The notes below the pieces were generated by a model that made no database searches, had not been told where the DNA came from, and saw only the letters and a list, made by a program, of their open reading frames with translations. 64,000 nucleotides of DNA. It comes from Amphiscolops sp. MND2022 (Eukaryota). The position numbers and the translations under genes were made by a program. Below, piece after piece: positions 14,701-29,700 of the stretch (positions within the stretch are counted from its first letter, which is position 1; every line of letters begins with the position of its first letter). The stretch covers positions 42,100,001 through 42,164,000 of the forward strand of contig OZ076413.1 in the NCBI GenBank assembly GCA_964187785.1. Reading direction: 5' to 3'.

Positions 14701-17700
14701 CTTTCCTTTCAAGTATCTTGCAATAAACTTTCAAGATCTTGCAAGATCCTTGTGGGCAATGCACTCCTTGCAAAAATTTTAGCAAGAATCTGGCGAGGAA
14801 TTATTTTCCTTGTAAGACTCTTGCAAAGATGACATTTTTTGCAAGATCTTTAAAGGAATACATTAAAGCAAAGATTTCGCAAATGCTAGCAAGAATAGCA
14901 TTTTTTCTCAGCCAGGGAGGTGACAAATAAATTCACTTCAATGCATACCTTTTACTCCTATACCCAAAATCGAATGACAAAATTTCTAGGGGATCCGTAA
15001 TCGAGATTTCATTCTATGTTCAATTTTATTTTCAATAGAAAGTCGATAAAATTTCTCGGTGACAGGTGTTATTAATGAATGTTTTTTTCGGATCTAATTT
15101 AAATTAGCAAATTTCAGTCGAGGGCTTTTACTAATACAACGGTACCAGGATATATATCAATACTGGTATACCGTTCTGGATATGCCACTTCAACGATAGA
15201 AATCATGCCTTGCGTACATGTTGAACCAAAAAGACTGAGCAACGATTTTAAAATTGGGTTGAAAAAGCATCTCCTATTACAAAAAGAAATATTTTTTAAG
15301 TTCTGAAGAAATGGAGAATTTCATCTAGTCGTTCAACAATATTCCATGAAAACGATCATATATTTCGAAAACTATATTTCTCTACATGCGCAAAGAGTAG
15401 TTATTCACACACAAGACGGGAACGTCTAAAGTCGGCGCTATATCTAAGGCTCAAAAAGCGCAAAGTTTTTAAAATATGCCCAGAACGTATTTATTAAAAG
15501 CTCAGAAAACCGTTTCGAGACACCCAAAGGGTGCCTTTCGTGCTCGATAAGACTCGGAAACCACTTTTCCCCAACTGGGAACAAAAAAAAAACATTTTTT
15601 TGAAAACAAACTTGAGATTTCGGAGAGACAACCGGAAAATGTCACATAGTGCCGAAAAAAGTAAAACGGGGTACCCTTTGGGATTTATTAACATACATTC
15701 TGTTGCAGAATATGAAAAAAACTCGCAGTGGGAACCTTTCGAGACATTTAAAAATTTTCGAAAAAAGTCGCACAGTGCCGAAAAAAAATCGAAAGGGGAC
15801 AATTTAATCTCGTCCGTTACGTGAAAAAGTAAAAAATGAAAGGGACCTAAGTTTCCGCTGACTTGGCCTTAGAACTTTTAGTAGTTTCTGTAAAAAGTGG
15901 ACCTTTCAGTGTGAGGTCTGTGGTCTGAAGAAAAAATGGTCACTGTAAGAGTCGGGCATTTTTCCTTTAAAGGAAAATGCACCAACTAAAAACACTACCC
16001 TTCAAAATTTCTCTCAAATCGATACAACTTCAGGCATCGAACGCTTCTAAAATCAACAATGCGACGTTCACACATTTTTCATCACTTCGATTTATTTGAG
16101 TTTTTCCCTCATTCAGTGGTGTTCAAGATAAACACAAACCTCGTTGAAATTTCCGAAATTTTCAGGATGTCAGACCGAAAATAGATGGAAACTGTTAAAT
16201 AATGGAATGCGGCCGCATGGTAAATAATGGAATGAACCGGTTCAACTGGAATTAAAAAGTCTTGTCAAAGTGATTGTGCAAGGCATTAGAAAATTAAACA
16301 TCAAATAATGCAAAAGCTGCAAATTAAATGTGTTTGGTGCGTGAATTTTGCAATGGCTGAATTAGAATAGTGATAAAGTGATGTCAAATGACAAACATGA
16401 TAAAGAAGGGCGAGATAAAACAACTCCAATTCAAATTGTTTCTCCGCTTTCTTCATTCTATTCCATTTTTTCATTTCGTTTAGTTGTTAAGACTACAATT
16501 GTCAACTCCAAATGATATCAAGTGCATGTTATTCTTACTGACTCGAGGATTCCAATTTTTATAGCCATGGGGACAAAACAAGCCTTGAATGACACCCCGT
16601 TAAAGGGTCAATGAAGCGCCAAAGTCCGTCAAATTAGCTCAAAAGCAAGTCGAAAGTGCCGGGGCTTATTACATGCTGTAGACGTGCGTGGAGGGTCATT
16701 TTCATGAAAACAGAAAATTTAGAGAACTTCTAGTGGCTATTTTTTAAGGATCTCACGGCGATTTCCGCTAATGTAATTGAAATAAAAAAGCCCATTTCCT
16801 TACCGACAAGATTACGTTGTTTTTACTGTTTAACTTCTCCGCAAACCCTCTTTTGTGATCACCAATTCTCAACTTTGAAAGCTCCCACTGAATATGATGC
16901 TACTATGCAGTTTATAGCGAGACTCAAGTTACTTTGCATCAAAATGGTGGTAAATTTGTGCACGTCTCAGCTGCATGTAAAAATAAAGCGTATGTTAAAA
17001 CATCTGGTTTCCATATGCCACCAAAAAATTCAGGAAATTTTCAAGCAGCTTGAAAAAAGTTGAATACAACAGGTGGCTATTAATGCATGAAAGTTCCCGA
17101 AAACTTTCGAAAATCGTGATGAAAGTTGTGAACATTAGAAAATAGGCCCCTGCGGGGCACAGTATTATTTCTGCTTTTAGGCTTTCATGTTCAATATTAG
17201 AAGCATATCTTAATCATTTAATTTGAATGCAGGCGAAGCTCTGGGCGAACAAATAATTAACACTCATTCGCTTCATCTCAATAACTCGGCGTACGAAAGC
17301 ATAATTACGAACATTCGCTCGCTTCATCTCAATGACGTCAGCGTACGAAAGCATAATTACCACTCGCTCGTTCCATCGCACGAGAAACAAATTGTTGTCG
17401 GCAACTTGAGAAATTTAAACCTCACTCTTATACTCACTGCCGAACAAAATATCCGAATTTTTCATTAGGCACTCGTTATCACGACAAAAATTGATTTGAA
17501 AAAAGTTCAATAATCCAGATTTCAATAATGTTCCTGCTATCGGAGAAAGAATAAAAACATTCAAATTCGAGCATTTTCAGCGATTCCAAGAGGATAGTTT
17601 TGAGATTTGCCCGACAAACATTCTACAACCTTTTTCAGACACCTTAATCTCAAAACCAGACATTTCAACCAAGACAGTTCAGTCCCACAAACGCTGACAT

Positions 17701-20700
17701 TCCAATCATCAACAAATTCCTGATCATGCTTACCTCTATCATAAAATCAATAATCCCAGCGAATGCTTCATTTTTGTGGGACTTTTTCGCATAGGACTGA
17801 GATGTCTTCAAAAAACTACGTTTTCAACGCTGAAAAGTCTAGACACCTTTACAATAATTTAAACGCAATAGCTATTTCCACAATCATAATTTCATATTCA
17901 TGTCAGTCCCAAATACGACCCGAGTCGGTCCTAAATCCTGTTCAAGAAACTAAATACCTCGATAGACCAAAAAATCTAAAAAACAAGTCTCGCTAGCTCT
18001 ACTGAGTCGAAAAATGTAAAGTGAGATTTCTTCCAGTATCCCAGTGATTGGTAAATATCAAATTACTCAAAGTTGATTTTCTTTTCATTCAAACAAAGAA
18101 CAAGACGGGAACGTCTAAAGTCGGCGCTATATCTAAGGCTCAAAAAAGCGCATTTTTTAAAAAATTTGTTAAAGGGGGGACCCTTTCGACTTTTTGAAAA
18201 TCCAGTCTGTTGCAAAATATCAAAAAAGTTGAGGTGGGACCCTTTGGAGACATTTAAAAAAATATAAAATTTTTTTGGAAAAATTTTCGAAAAAAAAACG
18301 AAAAATGAGATTTTTGAAACAGTCTCATAGTGCCGAAAAACTAGAAAGGGGGGACCCTTTGGGCTTTTTGAAACTTCAGTTTGCGGCAAAATATCAAAAA
18401 ACTTGAAGGGGGGACCCTTTGGCGAAAAAAAAATTTCGAAACAAAGTCGCACGGTGCCGAAAAAAATTGAAAGAGTCGCACAGTGCCGAAAAAAATTGCT
18501 CGAAAAAGTTTCTGGCTAAAGCAAGGACTCGAACCAGTGAGCGCTGGGTTCACCGTAAACCGAGTTTTGACGAGTACATGTGAGCGAGAGTGAAGTCTGT
18601 AAGAAGTGGTACATACGCGATGAGGTCTGTGGTCTGACGAAAAAAAAAGAAAAAAAACTAGCCTTTGTAAGAGTCGGGCACTTTTCCCTAGAAAAGCGCC
18701 GACTAAAAACATATGTTGCAGTGTACCCTTCAAAAAATCATGAGAAAGATCTACCTTGTCGTTAATCTACCATCGAATTCAAATTCTAAAACACAATAAC
18801 ATTTCCAGTTTCCTCGGGACTCGAACGTACAACCTCTCAGTTCCAAATCTAGAGTTTCCCTGCGAGGTCATCGCTTTTACCATCGCCAAAATTTATGAAA
18901 GTGAATACATCAAAATATCGTTTTCCGGAAGTGACGGCAAAAATAGATGGTAAATTAAATGACTGATGGTTTCTGATTATTTAATCTAAGCGTGTCTTCT
19001 ATAACTTCAGAGAATTTTGATATTTTTCCTACAATGTTTCTATTTTAGCTCATTTTGTATTTTTTCGGTATTAAGGTTTTTCCGTACGTCGCTAGACTTC
19101 GAAAAAAAACGAACTTCCAGAAACTATTTGAGCTGCACCAAGCTAGAGGCACATGAGGTCTTTTATTTAGTGCATTTAGAAAAAAACTCACATTGCAAAA
19201 TTTTCCTCTCGATCTCAAATTTTTCCAAACTATCAGAAAGAACTCACTTCCCAAAGTTCTCCGATGCGCCAAACTGAGCCTATTTGAGAAATTATTATAC
19301 CACAATCATGTAATTCGAAAGTTATAGGTGATCAATCAAAAAAATCTTGCCTGAGTATATGTATATAAATACGATCCATAAATACACTGAGTGTACACTG
19401 AATTTTATTTACACTTTATTTCAGTCCGTTGTTCGTATATTGCGAAATTCACTGAAAACCAAAGATGGCGGAATCATTCAACTGTGACACTAACTGAAAC
19501 ACCTTTTTAACGAGTCACTTTTCAAAATCTCATTAGCCTCCGCTTGTCTAAAAAATATGTTCGGTTCTGTTTATTTGCAGCACCTTTATTCACACCTGAA
19601 TTGTTTACTTGTTTGACATTTTTCACTGACACACGAAAAGCCGGACAGAAGCACTAGACTGAATAATTTCGTCACTTCACCCCAGGTGTTTTGGTTGTCA
19701 GGTCTGATAAAACTGCTCCACATTCTCGCCAATAGATATCGAAAAATGTCGCTTTTTTGAGCGGAACGAAAATCCAGAAAAAAACAAAGTGTAAAGTTGC
19801 ATGAATTCAAACTAACGAAATACTCCGATGTCCTAAATTGCCGGCCGGGAGTCTAGTTGAATGAAGTTAGGCAACACGCGGGGGGGGTCTTTATAAGGGG
19901 GATCGGTCTATATATTGATATGGATTATCTCTCTGAGTGGGTGGGGGGGTAGGGGGTGTTTGTGGTTTGGTGGGTTTTAGGCGGGGTCATAACTCGAGTG
20001 GAGTTGACATATTTGACTGTTAAAAGGTACGTGGAACAGCCAACCATAACAGTAACCCTAGTTTTCTAGTTTTGTATATATTGAGAATTAATTTCAACAC
20101 TATGATGATCATTATTTCAAGTCTGAATGATGATCATAATTTCAGGTATGATTCAATACTATTCCCACAAAGTAGAGCACAGATTCGGATACTATTGGTA
20201 ACGAGATCAACATATTTGCTTTTTAAGCGGCTCTCACATCAGGGGCGGAAGAATATATTTGAGAAAATCACTATAAGACTTAGCTGAAACAAAATTTTGG
20301 ATTTACCGGATTTTCTCCAAATTGAACGCGGTCCAGAAGATTCGTCTCATCAAATTCTATTTTCAATAGATCGTGGTTATTTAGAATGAAGCTTATTTTT
20401 AAATCAATGCAGTACAACTTGATTCGTTCCATATTTTGTCAACAGCTTGTAGGCTGTTAATTAAATGAAATTAACAGGATACGACAAAGATGTTAATCTT
20501 AGATTTCAACTTTCCTCTAGATGGTTCGAAACAAGTCTGACCAAATCCTCGTTGGAATGCTTTTGTGGAATCTAACTAATTTTCAAGGCCGTTTTGGGAA
20601 AAGAACGTCACGAAAAATGATCAACAGACTGTAAAAATTGAATCTCAAATTACTTCAACTCTTCGTATTTGAATGAAATGAGCCATTCGCTCAGTGAAGT

Positions 20701-23700
20701 AGTTTAATTTATTCTTTGAAAAGTCGCGGCTTACATATTAATATGAAGCTTTTCCATGAATGCTCCATTGAAACGGTAAAATAACAACAAGCCGGGACCG
20801 GCCCAAGTCGGCGCCATATCTAAGGCTCAAAAATAGCAAAAGGACTTCAAAATGTCAAAGTATTGGTGAATTGGGGACCCTTTTATGAAAAAAATGAAAA
20901 AAAATCTCAATGCCAAAAAAACTGAAAGGGGACCACCCTTTGGGATTTTTCAACATCCATTCTGTCGCAAAACTCCGAAAAAATTGAAGGGAAGACCCTT
21001 TGGGGAAAAAATTTCCTGAAAAAAAGTCCCGCAATGCCAAAAAACTGAAAGGCGCCGGAAAAACGCCGGAAACCTTTTTGGTTCAGTTCCTTGGGCCAAC
21101 GGGTACAATTTGGCGTCTTCTTAAAATTTTGTGGAACTTCTGGGGTAGAACTATTTTGGTCACTTGTGTATCGAAAAAAAATTAGAAAAATGAAAAAAAA
21201 ACACTGACGAAAAGCCATGACTCCATGACTATAGTGGGCTCTTTTCAAGAAAAGCGCCGACTAAAAAATGAAGCTAGCAAAACATGGGAAAAACTTCTTT
21301 GCGTGTAACTTCATGTTAATTCAACCTCGAACATCAAGATGTGGATGAGACAAAAAAGCGCCAGGACGATCAATTCGGAAGCTCGCTCGGCTAATTTTCC
21401 ATTCAAATACCTCCGAAATTCCCCTCTTAATAAACTCTGAGGAGAGTAAAGGGATTTTTCATTCCTACATTTTCCATCTACTAATACAGCAAGAAAAGCA
21501 CAGCAAAACCGCATTTTTAAAATTTACTAACATTTGAAGCTATTCTGTTAATTACTTGCTTTTTCCAGGAATTCTCTAAAAGCAAAAAAAAGTTTTGCAC
21601 CAAAAATCAGTAAAATTGATGTTTTCTTCGTTCGGAGAGCCTTTAAAGTCTCAAATTCCTGGACTTTGGGTTCCCAACACTTTTGTATTCATAGATAAAC
21701 CACCATGTTAATTACCGACTACAGCTTTGAATACGACCTTGAGACTTTGAGATGGAAAAAACTTGACGTCAACAAAACAGCGGTGCATTTTGCTAAGGAA
21801 CCTAAGTTAAAATTTCCATGGGTGAATTGATATATTTATATATTTGCTAGTCTTAGAATATTTGATATGATAATATCAAGTTTCGAGACTTCTAGTGCTA
21901 TTTTTGAGTAATTTGAATTGCAATCAGATAATTAGGTATCAAATTTTATATTAAAACCTTACTTTTTCTTGCATAAGAGTCAAGGCGACGCTTCTTTTGT
22001 TGAATAATGTAGTTTGAATTTGGGTGTGTGTCATGCCTGCCAAGCATGAAGGAAATAAATGAACCCTAAAATACCAATTCATACATCAAACTCCCTAAAA
22101 TACAAATCATCATGTAAATACATTACAGTAGTTTAATTGCCGAACAATACAGTTGAACACATAACGACTGAAACCAACAATCATCCATTCATGTTATTGT
22201 GCATCGTTTAAACATCCATTCATGTTATTGTGCATCGTTTAAACATCCATTCATGTTATTGTGCATCGTTTAAACATCCATCCATGTTATTGTGCATCGT
22301 TTAAAAACCAGGACTGGAATATCCAGTCATTGCAGATGATTTATACATATACGACTGAAACAATCAGTCATCAGCTATCGTGATAGTGCATCATTTAACC
22401 ATTGTTTTTTACACTTTTTATATTACATGTAAAGTATTACTAGAATACTCAATCATTTCACAACATTTCGTCTATTTATATCAGTAATTAGTGCAGTATC
22501 CATTAGTAAATTACTTCAAAACGATATTTAAAGCAGTCACTATGATGATAAGGATACACGGTAGTAAAGCCTCAGTTTAAGAGGTAATTGAGTTAATCGA
22601 ACACGGAAATGACTGGTGCTTGCGGTCATACTACATCAAACAAGAGTAATTAAACACCTATTATCACCCGCGACGACTGGTAGTTGCAGTCGTCAAGTGC
22701 AATTAAACAACAATTAGTAGATTGAACGTCATTGGCTAAAAGGAAAGGTGCTAACACACTTTTATAATTACTCAATCGGGCAATACCGAAAACACACGAA
22801 TTGTAACTTCTGACGAGACAAGTTGCTTACTACCGTACCTTGAAATCATCAATTCTTACTTAAACCTAACACACTTCAATTCAAACTTAAAGTCTCCAAC
22901 CTCTTTATGGTAACTACCAGATCTCAAAGTAATCAAAATAGACAGACAGAAAACGGAACTATGGACAGGTCAAGCGATAGTGAAAGCGAAACTAGTTTCC
23001 CTGATGTCTTATCGAGAGACCAAATTGCAGACCTTGACTCTGAGGACGTATTAACCAGGCGACAGAATAACAATAACTATGACATAGATCATCGGTTTAA
23101 CGAAATAAATAGACAAATCGGAGACCTTACGGACATTGTACTTAGTTTAACTAATCAGTTAGCCTCCGTTAATGGAGAAGGGAACAGACTTAATGCGGTT
23201 ACTACCAATACCAACAGTCGTTCCGACATGGTGACAGGAGTCTCGAACTCACGACCATCAGGATCTCGGACAACACCACCCAGCGGAACACCAAGAAGTG
23301 ACGCCAGTATTCCGCAGTTGACCGATGTGATGACGGAAATCCACCATCTCCGCAGCACCATGGGGGAAACCTTGACCCAGCCAAAAATCCTGCAGACCCA
23401 AGTACCCCTATTTAAAGGAAATCGAGACAAATACAACGAATTTGAACATCTATTGCTCAATCACTTACGACCACATGCCCACAAGCTCACCGAGGAACAA
23501 AAGCTCAACTACTTCCAGAGTCTCCTCAGGGATGATGCGATTGAGTTTTGGCAGACACTCCCGATCACAACGGAAACAACACTGAGAGACATACTGACGG
23601 CATTCAAAAAGGAATATGCAAAAGAGGAACTCTCAGAAGTCTCGAAATTCAAATTTGACCAGCTTCGGTATGACCCAACAACCGAGTCATTTAGTACCTT

Positions 23701-26700
23701 CCTTGCAAACTACAAAAAGATTGCCAAACAAGCATACGGAGACAAGGCACAGGAAATCGTTCAAACCTTCCTGTTCGCCAAACTACCAATTCAGCTTCAA
23801 AATGAATTGGCAATCGCTGGAAAACACAACGCCAGCATCGAGGACATTAAAACGTTCGTTCAGAGGAGATGCCAGTATGCACAGTTGTTACCAAACCAAC
23901 AACTGCTCCAACCATTTAATCAGGCTATTCAGACGCAAGAAGTCCCGAACAAGCCAGTCACCCAGAAACGAAACGAAAATGAACGACCACCTACCAAGAA
24001 GAAATTTGATGGCAATTGCAGATACTGCGCGATATACGGACACAAATGGGCAGAGTGTCGAAAACGACAGCGAGACGAGGCAGCGGGTAACAGCAACTCT
24101 CAGGCTCAGAAAAAGCCCGAACAACAGAACAACAACCACGCAGAAACACAACCGAAATACAACGCCAAACTGGTCTGCCAAATTTGCGGGTACACAGGCC
24201 ACTCTGCAAAAGACTGCAGGTATAGAATACCCCAAACTTCTGCCTACGGAAGTGTGCCCTACAACAGACAAACCACAACTGAAAACAGGGACTTCCGACG
24301 TGACTTCAGAAGAGCACAAAATAGCCCCTACCCAACCAATGAAATGAATGAGTTCACACCAGGGGAACAACAACACCAAACCAACGATGAGTACTACCAA
24401 CAGGACTTCACCGAAGCATCATCTAGCCAGCCAAAAAACTTCTGAAGCCACGTCATTCGACTGACCACTACAATAACAAAGTGCGCAACACAAACAACTA
24501 CTACTACACAAAGAACTACAAAAACCGGGCAACTGATCTTCGGCAGGATCAGAAACCCATGACTCCAACTACCCACGAGACAACCAACAACGAAGCGAAC
24601 TCTCCCTCCGAACCAACAGAGGTGATTTTACAACCGACAGAAGACAGACAGCACTCTAACTTGACTATGACGACTGACTGTACAAGAAAAACAACAAACC
24701 GCAAGAAGGACGTGGCGATCCAGGTGTTAACAGCAACACTTCAGTTAAACAAAAAGGACAAGATGTTATACGTCCCATTGCAATTCAGAGCATACGAGAA
24801 CCATGGCCTCCTCGACACGGGAGCAATAAGGAGTGCCATGTCAGAAGACGAACTCAGACGGATCTTGTCAGCTCATCCAGCAGCACTTCTCGAAGAATAC
24901 CCAGCACCGGATTTCAAAATCCAAATTGCCAACGGTAGCATCGTCCCAGTCCGGAAACAAGTATTACTCCGATTTTTCATTGGCGGTAAAGTATTCGAGG
25001 AAACCTTTATGATTCTACCAACCATGGGCAACATCTTGATCGGAATGTCCTTCTTCAAGAAATACTCAGTGACGCTTGACCTTGCCAATAACGTGGTCAA
25101 ATTCCCAGACATTACCCTTCAACTTAAACCAGAAAGAGGCCGATACAAAGTCCAGATGCTCGAACTACGCACATCGCAGAAAATAGTGGTACAACCGGAT
25201 CACCAAATCATGGTCCCTGTCATAGCAGAAAAGGACCTCGGGACAATCCAGGGCACTGTAGAAACCTTTCCAGCCTTCGAAAGGAAGACCCAACTACTAG
25301 TGTCCCCTGCTCTAACACAAATCACTGAGATGAAAAGCCATGTCCAGATCACCAACCTCACCTGCCACACAATCACCCTCAACCCGAACACGACAGTGGC
25401 CACATTCAGAATAATGACTCCCAACCAGGCAAAGAACCTACAACCGATGTCAAACGAACAATTGACACTGATCACCAAATACCCAGACGAAGCTGATAAT
25501 GTATTGAACCAGCTGTTCCAGGAGCCCGGCACCGAAACCAACCGCCGATGGTACCCAACATCGGAGACCTGTGATGACCCGTCCAAGTTGAACCGCATTG
25601 AAAGGCGGATATATGACGAAATCACTAAACTCCGTGAGGAAGAGAAACTGGATCCAACAGCAGACGACAAACAACGCAAGGAGTTCCTTGCCAACTTCAA
25701 ATGGGAAAACTCAATCCTGAATGAGCACGAACGACAACAGATTGAGAACCTCCTTGTGAAGTATAACAATGTGTTCGCCAGACACCGCCTTGACATAGGC
25801 ATCAATACCGACTTCAAAATTAAACTCACCCCGAAGCACGATGAGCCAGTCTACGCGCAGAGTTTACCCACACCCACAAATCTCAAAGACGACCTACTCG
25901 TCGAGCTAGCACTGATGCAGGAGTACGGAATCATCACGACGTTGCCATACAGCAAGTATTCCTCACCAATATTCGCTCAGCGCAAACCTAACGGGAAACT
26001 CCGCATACTCGTGGACCTGCGCAGAATCAACCACCTCCTGAAAAATGATTACAACCAACATAATCATCCAGTAACCACCATCGCCGACGCCGCCCAGCAC
26101 ATGGCAGGAAAAAAGTATTTCTGCAAGCTGGACTGTTCGCAGGCGTACCACTGCCTGCAGATGGCGGACGAGCAATCCATACAACTTCTGGCATTTAACT
26201 TCGGCAGCCGCACATTCGCTTATTTACGACTGGCACAGGGACTCAACCGATCCTTGTCAGCATTCAACAGCACAGTACGAGAATACGTTGATGCACTCGT
26301 GAAAGCGGACAAATGCGCGCAATATGTCGATGACATTGGGATTGCTGCCCACACCGTTGATGAACTACTGTCCAACATTGAAGCTGTGTTCCAGCAAATC
26401 CAGAAAGCAGGATTGAAACTATCAATGGCAAAATGTGCGTTTGGCCACCCACAAATTGATTTCCTTGGGAGAAGCATCACATCAAAGGGTGTCGCCCCAC
26501 TCGAAGACAAAATTGATGACTTCCTCAAAAAGATCAAACTACCCACATCAGTCAAATCCCTCCAAAGGTACATCGGGTTTGTCCAGTTCTACAGGCAGTA
26601 CATACCACGCCTGGCAGAAAAGCTCACCCCACTGTACAAACTGCTACAGAAAGATGTGAAATTCCAACTGAACCAACAACACAAGGACATCATTTTCGAG

Positions 26701-29700
26701 ATTAACGAAAACCTTGCCAAAGCTGCGAAACTCTCACTACGCCTACCATTACCCGACAAACAACTTGTTATAATGTGTGACGCCAGTGAGCACGCGGCAG
26801 GATATGTCCTCCTGATAGAAGACTACACCGAAACTAACGACGGACCAATGAAGACGTACGCACCAGTATCATTTGGATCCCAACGATTCACGGAGGGCCA
26901 AATGTCACTTACAATGTATGCGAAAGAATTCCTGGCGATGCATTTCGCATTCGACGAATTCGCACACATACTCTGGGGTGTCAAGAAACCAACAATTGTA
27001 ATGACGGACAATAAAGCACTGATCCGTTTTTTCCAGTCCAAACGAATTCCCCCGAAGCTATGGAATTACTGCGATCAGACGCTTCAATTCGAATTCGTAC
27101 TTGCCCATGTTCCTGGAACTGAGAATCCTGCTGCAGACTACCTGTCTCGTCTTGACATACGACCAGAGGAGAGAATCCACCTCAAACTCAACGACGAGAT
27201 ACCAGTCTTTCACGTCGAGATCGACCTGGCGTCACGGACACCGAAGCAGGACGAAGAAGAAGAAGAATACATACCTGATGACCAACAAACCACCACCACC
27301 AAACAAAATGAAGCCATCAACGCCATACTGGACCAGGTCCCCATGTGCAGTGACGAATCGAGTGGACAGTTTCGCGAGAGGATAGAAACCATCCGTCATC
27401 AGATCACACCCATCATCACAGGGCAACATGACGAGATGACGTTCACCCGATTCAGGCGAAAGCTTCATGACAACGTGGTAAACCAGGTATGCCCCAATGG
27501 GGAGTTTCAAATCATCCAGGATCAACTCGTAAACCTTGACATCCAACGCATGATTAGAATTTTGAATCAAAAGGAAACCCTTCCTAATCATGTGAACTTT
27601 GAAAGTCAGTTTTTCCAAAAACTAGTCAAAAACAAGAAAAGACTTGAAGTAGTGAACAACGTTTTGTACAGGAACTTTTTCGATGGTACAGGTAAAATTA
27701 AGTGTAAACAAATTGTCACACCTACTGAAACTATCCAAAAAATCATCCAATCTTTGCACGATGACCCTCTGCAAGGTCACCCTGGTTGTAATAAAATGCT
27801 CCACGAGCTACGTAAAAGGTACTACTCCCCGAACCTCTCTGAACTGGTACTGCAATACGTCTCGAACTGTCAGGACTGCATCCGCTCAAAACCAATCCGA
27901 AAAGCTGCAATCACACCACCACTCCAACAAATATATGACCCTTGTAACGGACCAGAAGACATACTAGAAATTGATTTAGTCGGTGAACTCCCACCCTCCA
28001 ACGGATTCACACACATACTCACTGCATGCGACTACTTTTCTAGGTACCTCTTCGCAATACCTATCCGTAAACCGGACACAAAGTCGGTCGTAGAAGCGCT
28101 TATGCAAATTTTTACACAACATTCCTACGTACCCAAGACAATCCTAACAGACAAAGGATCAACGTTCACAGCCCAACTGTTCAACTCCCTGATGGAGTCT
28201 GCCGGTATAAAAATCGCACACGCATCTGTCAAACACCCGCAAACGGTCGGAATGGTTGAACGTTCTCACCAGAGACTAAAGCAAATCCTTAAAATTAACA
28301 TCTCAGCTGATTCACCACAATGGCATAAATACGTCAACATGGCCGTAATGGCCCATAACACAACCTACCACCAGGCTATTCGATGTACACCCACTGAAAT
28401 TTTCCACGGACGTGTTCCATTCAATGCCCTTGACGTCAAATTCGGAAACCCACTAACTGAACAACGCAACACTACCGACGTCACTGGGATACTCGATAAC
28501 ATGAACAAAAAATTCCAACAAACACATGACAACATAATCGAAGCCTTCCACAAATACAAGAATTACTACGACCGAAAAGCGCAAGCTTCACCTCTGAAAG
28601 TAAATGACTTCACCTTTCTGCTAAACAAAAGACTGTCTCAACAATCTGACAAAATTCCATTCAAGGAATTCAAGTGGGAAGGCCCATACAAAGTGGTCAA
28701 AGTCTTGTCCAATTCAAATTACATTATACGTAAGATTGGAACTCTTCGCACTCAATGCGTTCACAGAATGAGGCTCCGCCCATTTACACCAAACGCACCA
28801 ATTGAAGACATTCAAGACAATTCATCACAATACTTTGAAGATCCTGATGCCCTCAACGAACAGGAGCTGTTCGACAATCACCTACCAAATCCTGCTCACG
28901 AACAACCACAACACGCAATCCCTGAACAATCGGACTTCGAAGAACTACAGGCCGACCATGGAATGATATACTACGAACGACAAAGCATAGAACCAGATCA
29001 AAACATTTCCATACCTGAAAGCCAAGCTGAAACACAAGTACCACAACCAGACACCGTTACCTCGAACAATTCTGAAACAAACAACAATAAATATCAAACA
29101 AATGACCGCCCTCCACCGACATCACGACACACTATGTCTCGGTACGGACTCAGACACAACCCAAAACCTACCACGTACCCTGACTTCCTGATGCACGAAC
29201 TACACGGAACGCCTTCGCTTCAACAGCTGCTTCTGAAAAACAGAAACCTATAAAAACACACAACCATAAAAACCAACGACTGCTAACAGCAGTCATCAAC
29301 AGCCTTTTCATCTGACCGTAAAGGTAATTGTTTTACAATTACACCCTAGTACACCAAGCATTCAACAAACAATAGCGAAAATTCTGAACGACCTAACAAA
29401 CACTCCAATTAACATGATTAAACGACCATTCCCTTCCGTTGTCGCTGTGTAAACTATTTAATTTATCAGCATCAATCACTAGCGGAACAAGCAAATGGTA
29501 AAGTAACGACTGCACACGCCTATCATTCCAACACTCGCGGTCCGGAAGTACATGTAGCGCGCAAAATTGCGAACGCTAATTTATTCAATTCGCACCAAAC
29601 TTACCACATCTACAGTTGAAACGAAATATTCCACTTAGCGAACTGTCAAAACACCGCTAACGAAACGTGAACGAAAACAACGTTCCCTAAAAAAAGCAAC

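Noticed and set aside
21311..21514. Missing DRC7 3' exon
   Set aside because: No resemblance to the conserved DRC7 C-terminus in the frames examined.
22182..22305. CRISPR array (31-bp repeats)
   Set aside because: Head-to-tail units with no spacers, inside a eukaryotic LTR, with no cas genes.
23616..24347. 243-aa overlapping ORF in gag, and antisense ORFs within gag/pol
   Set aside because: No recognisable motifs. Best explained as shadow frames of A/C-rich, T-poor coding sequence.
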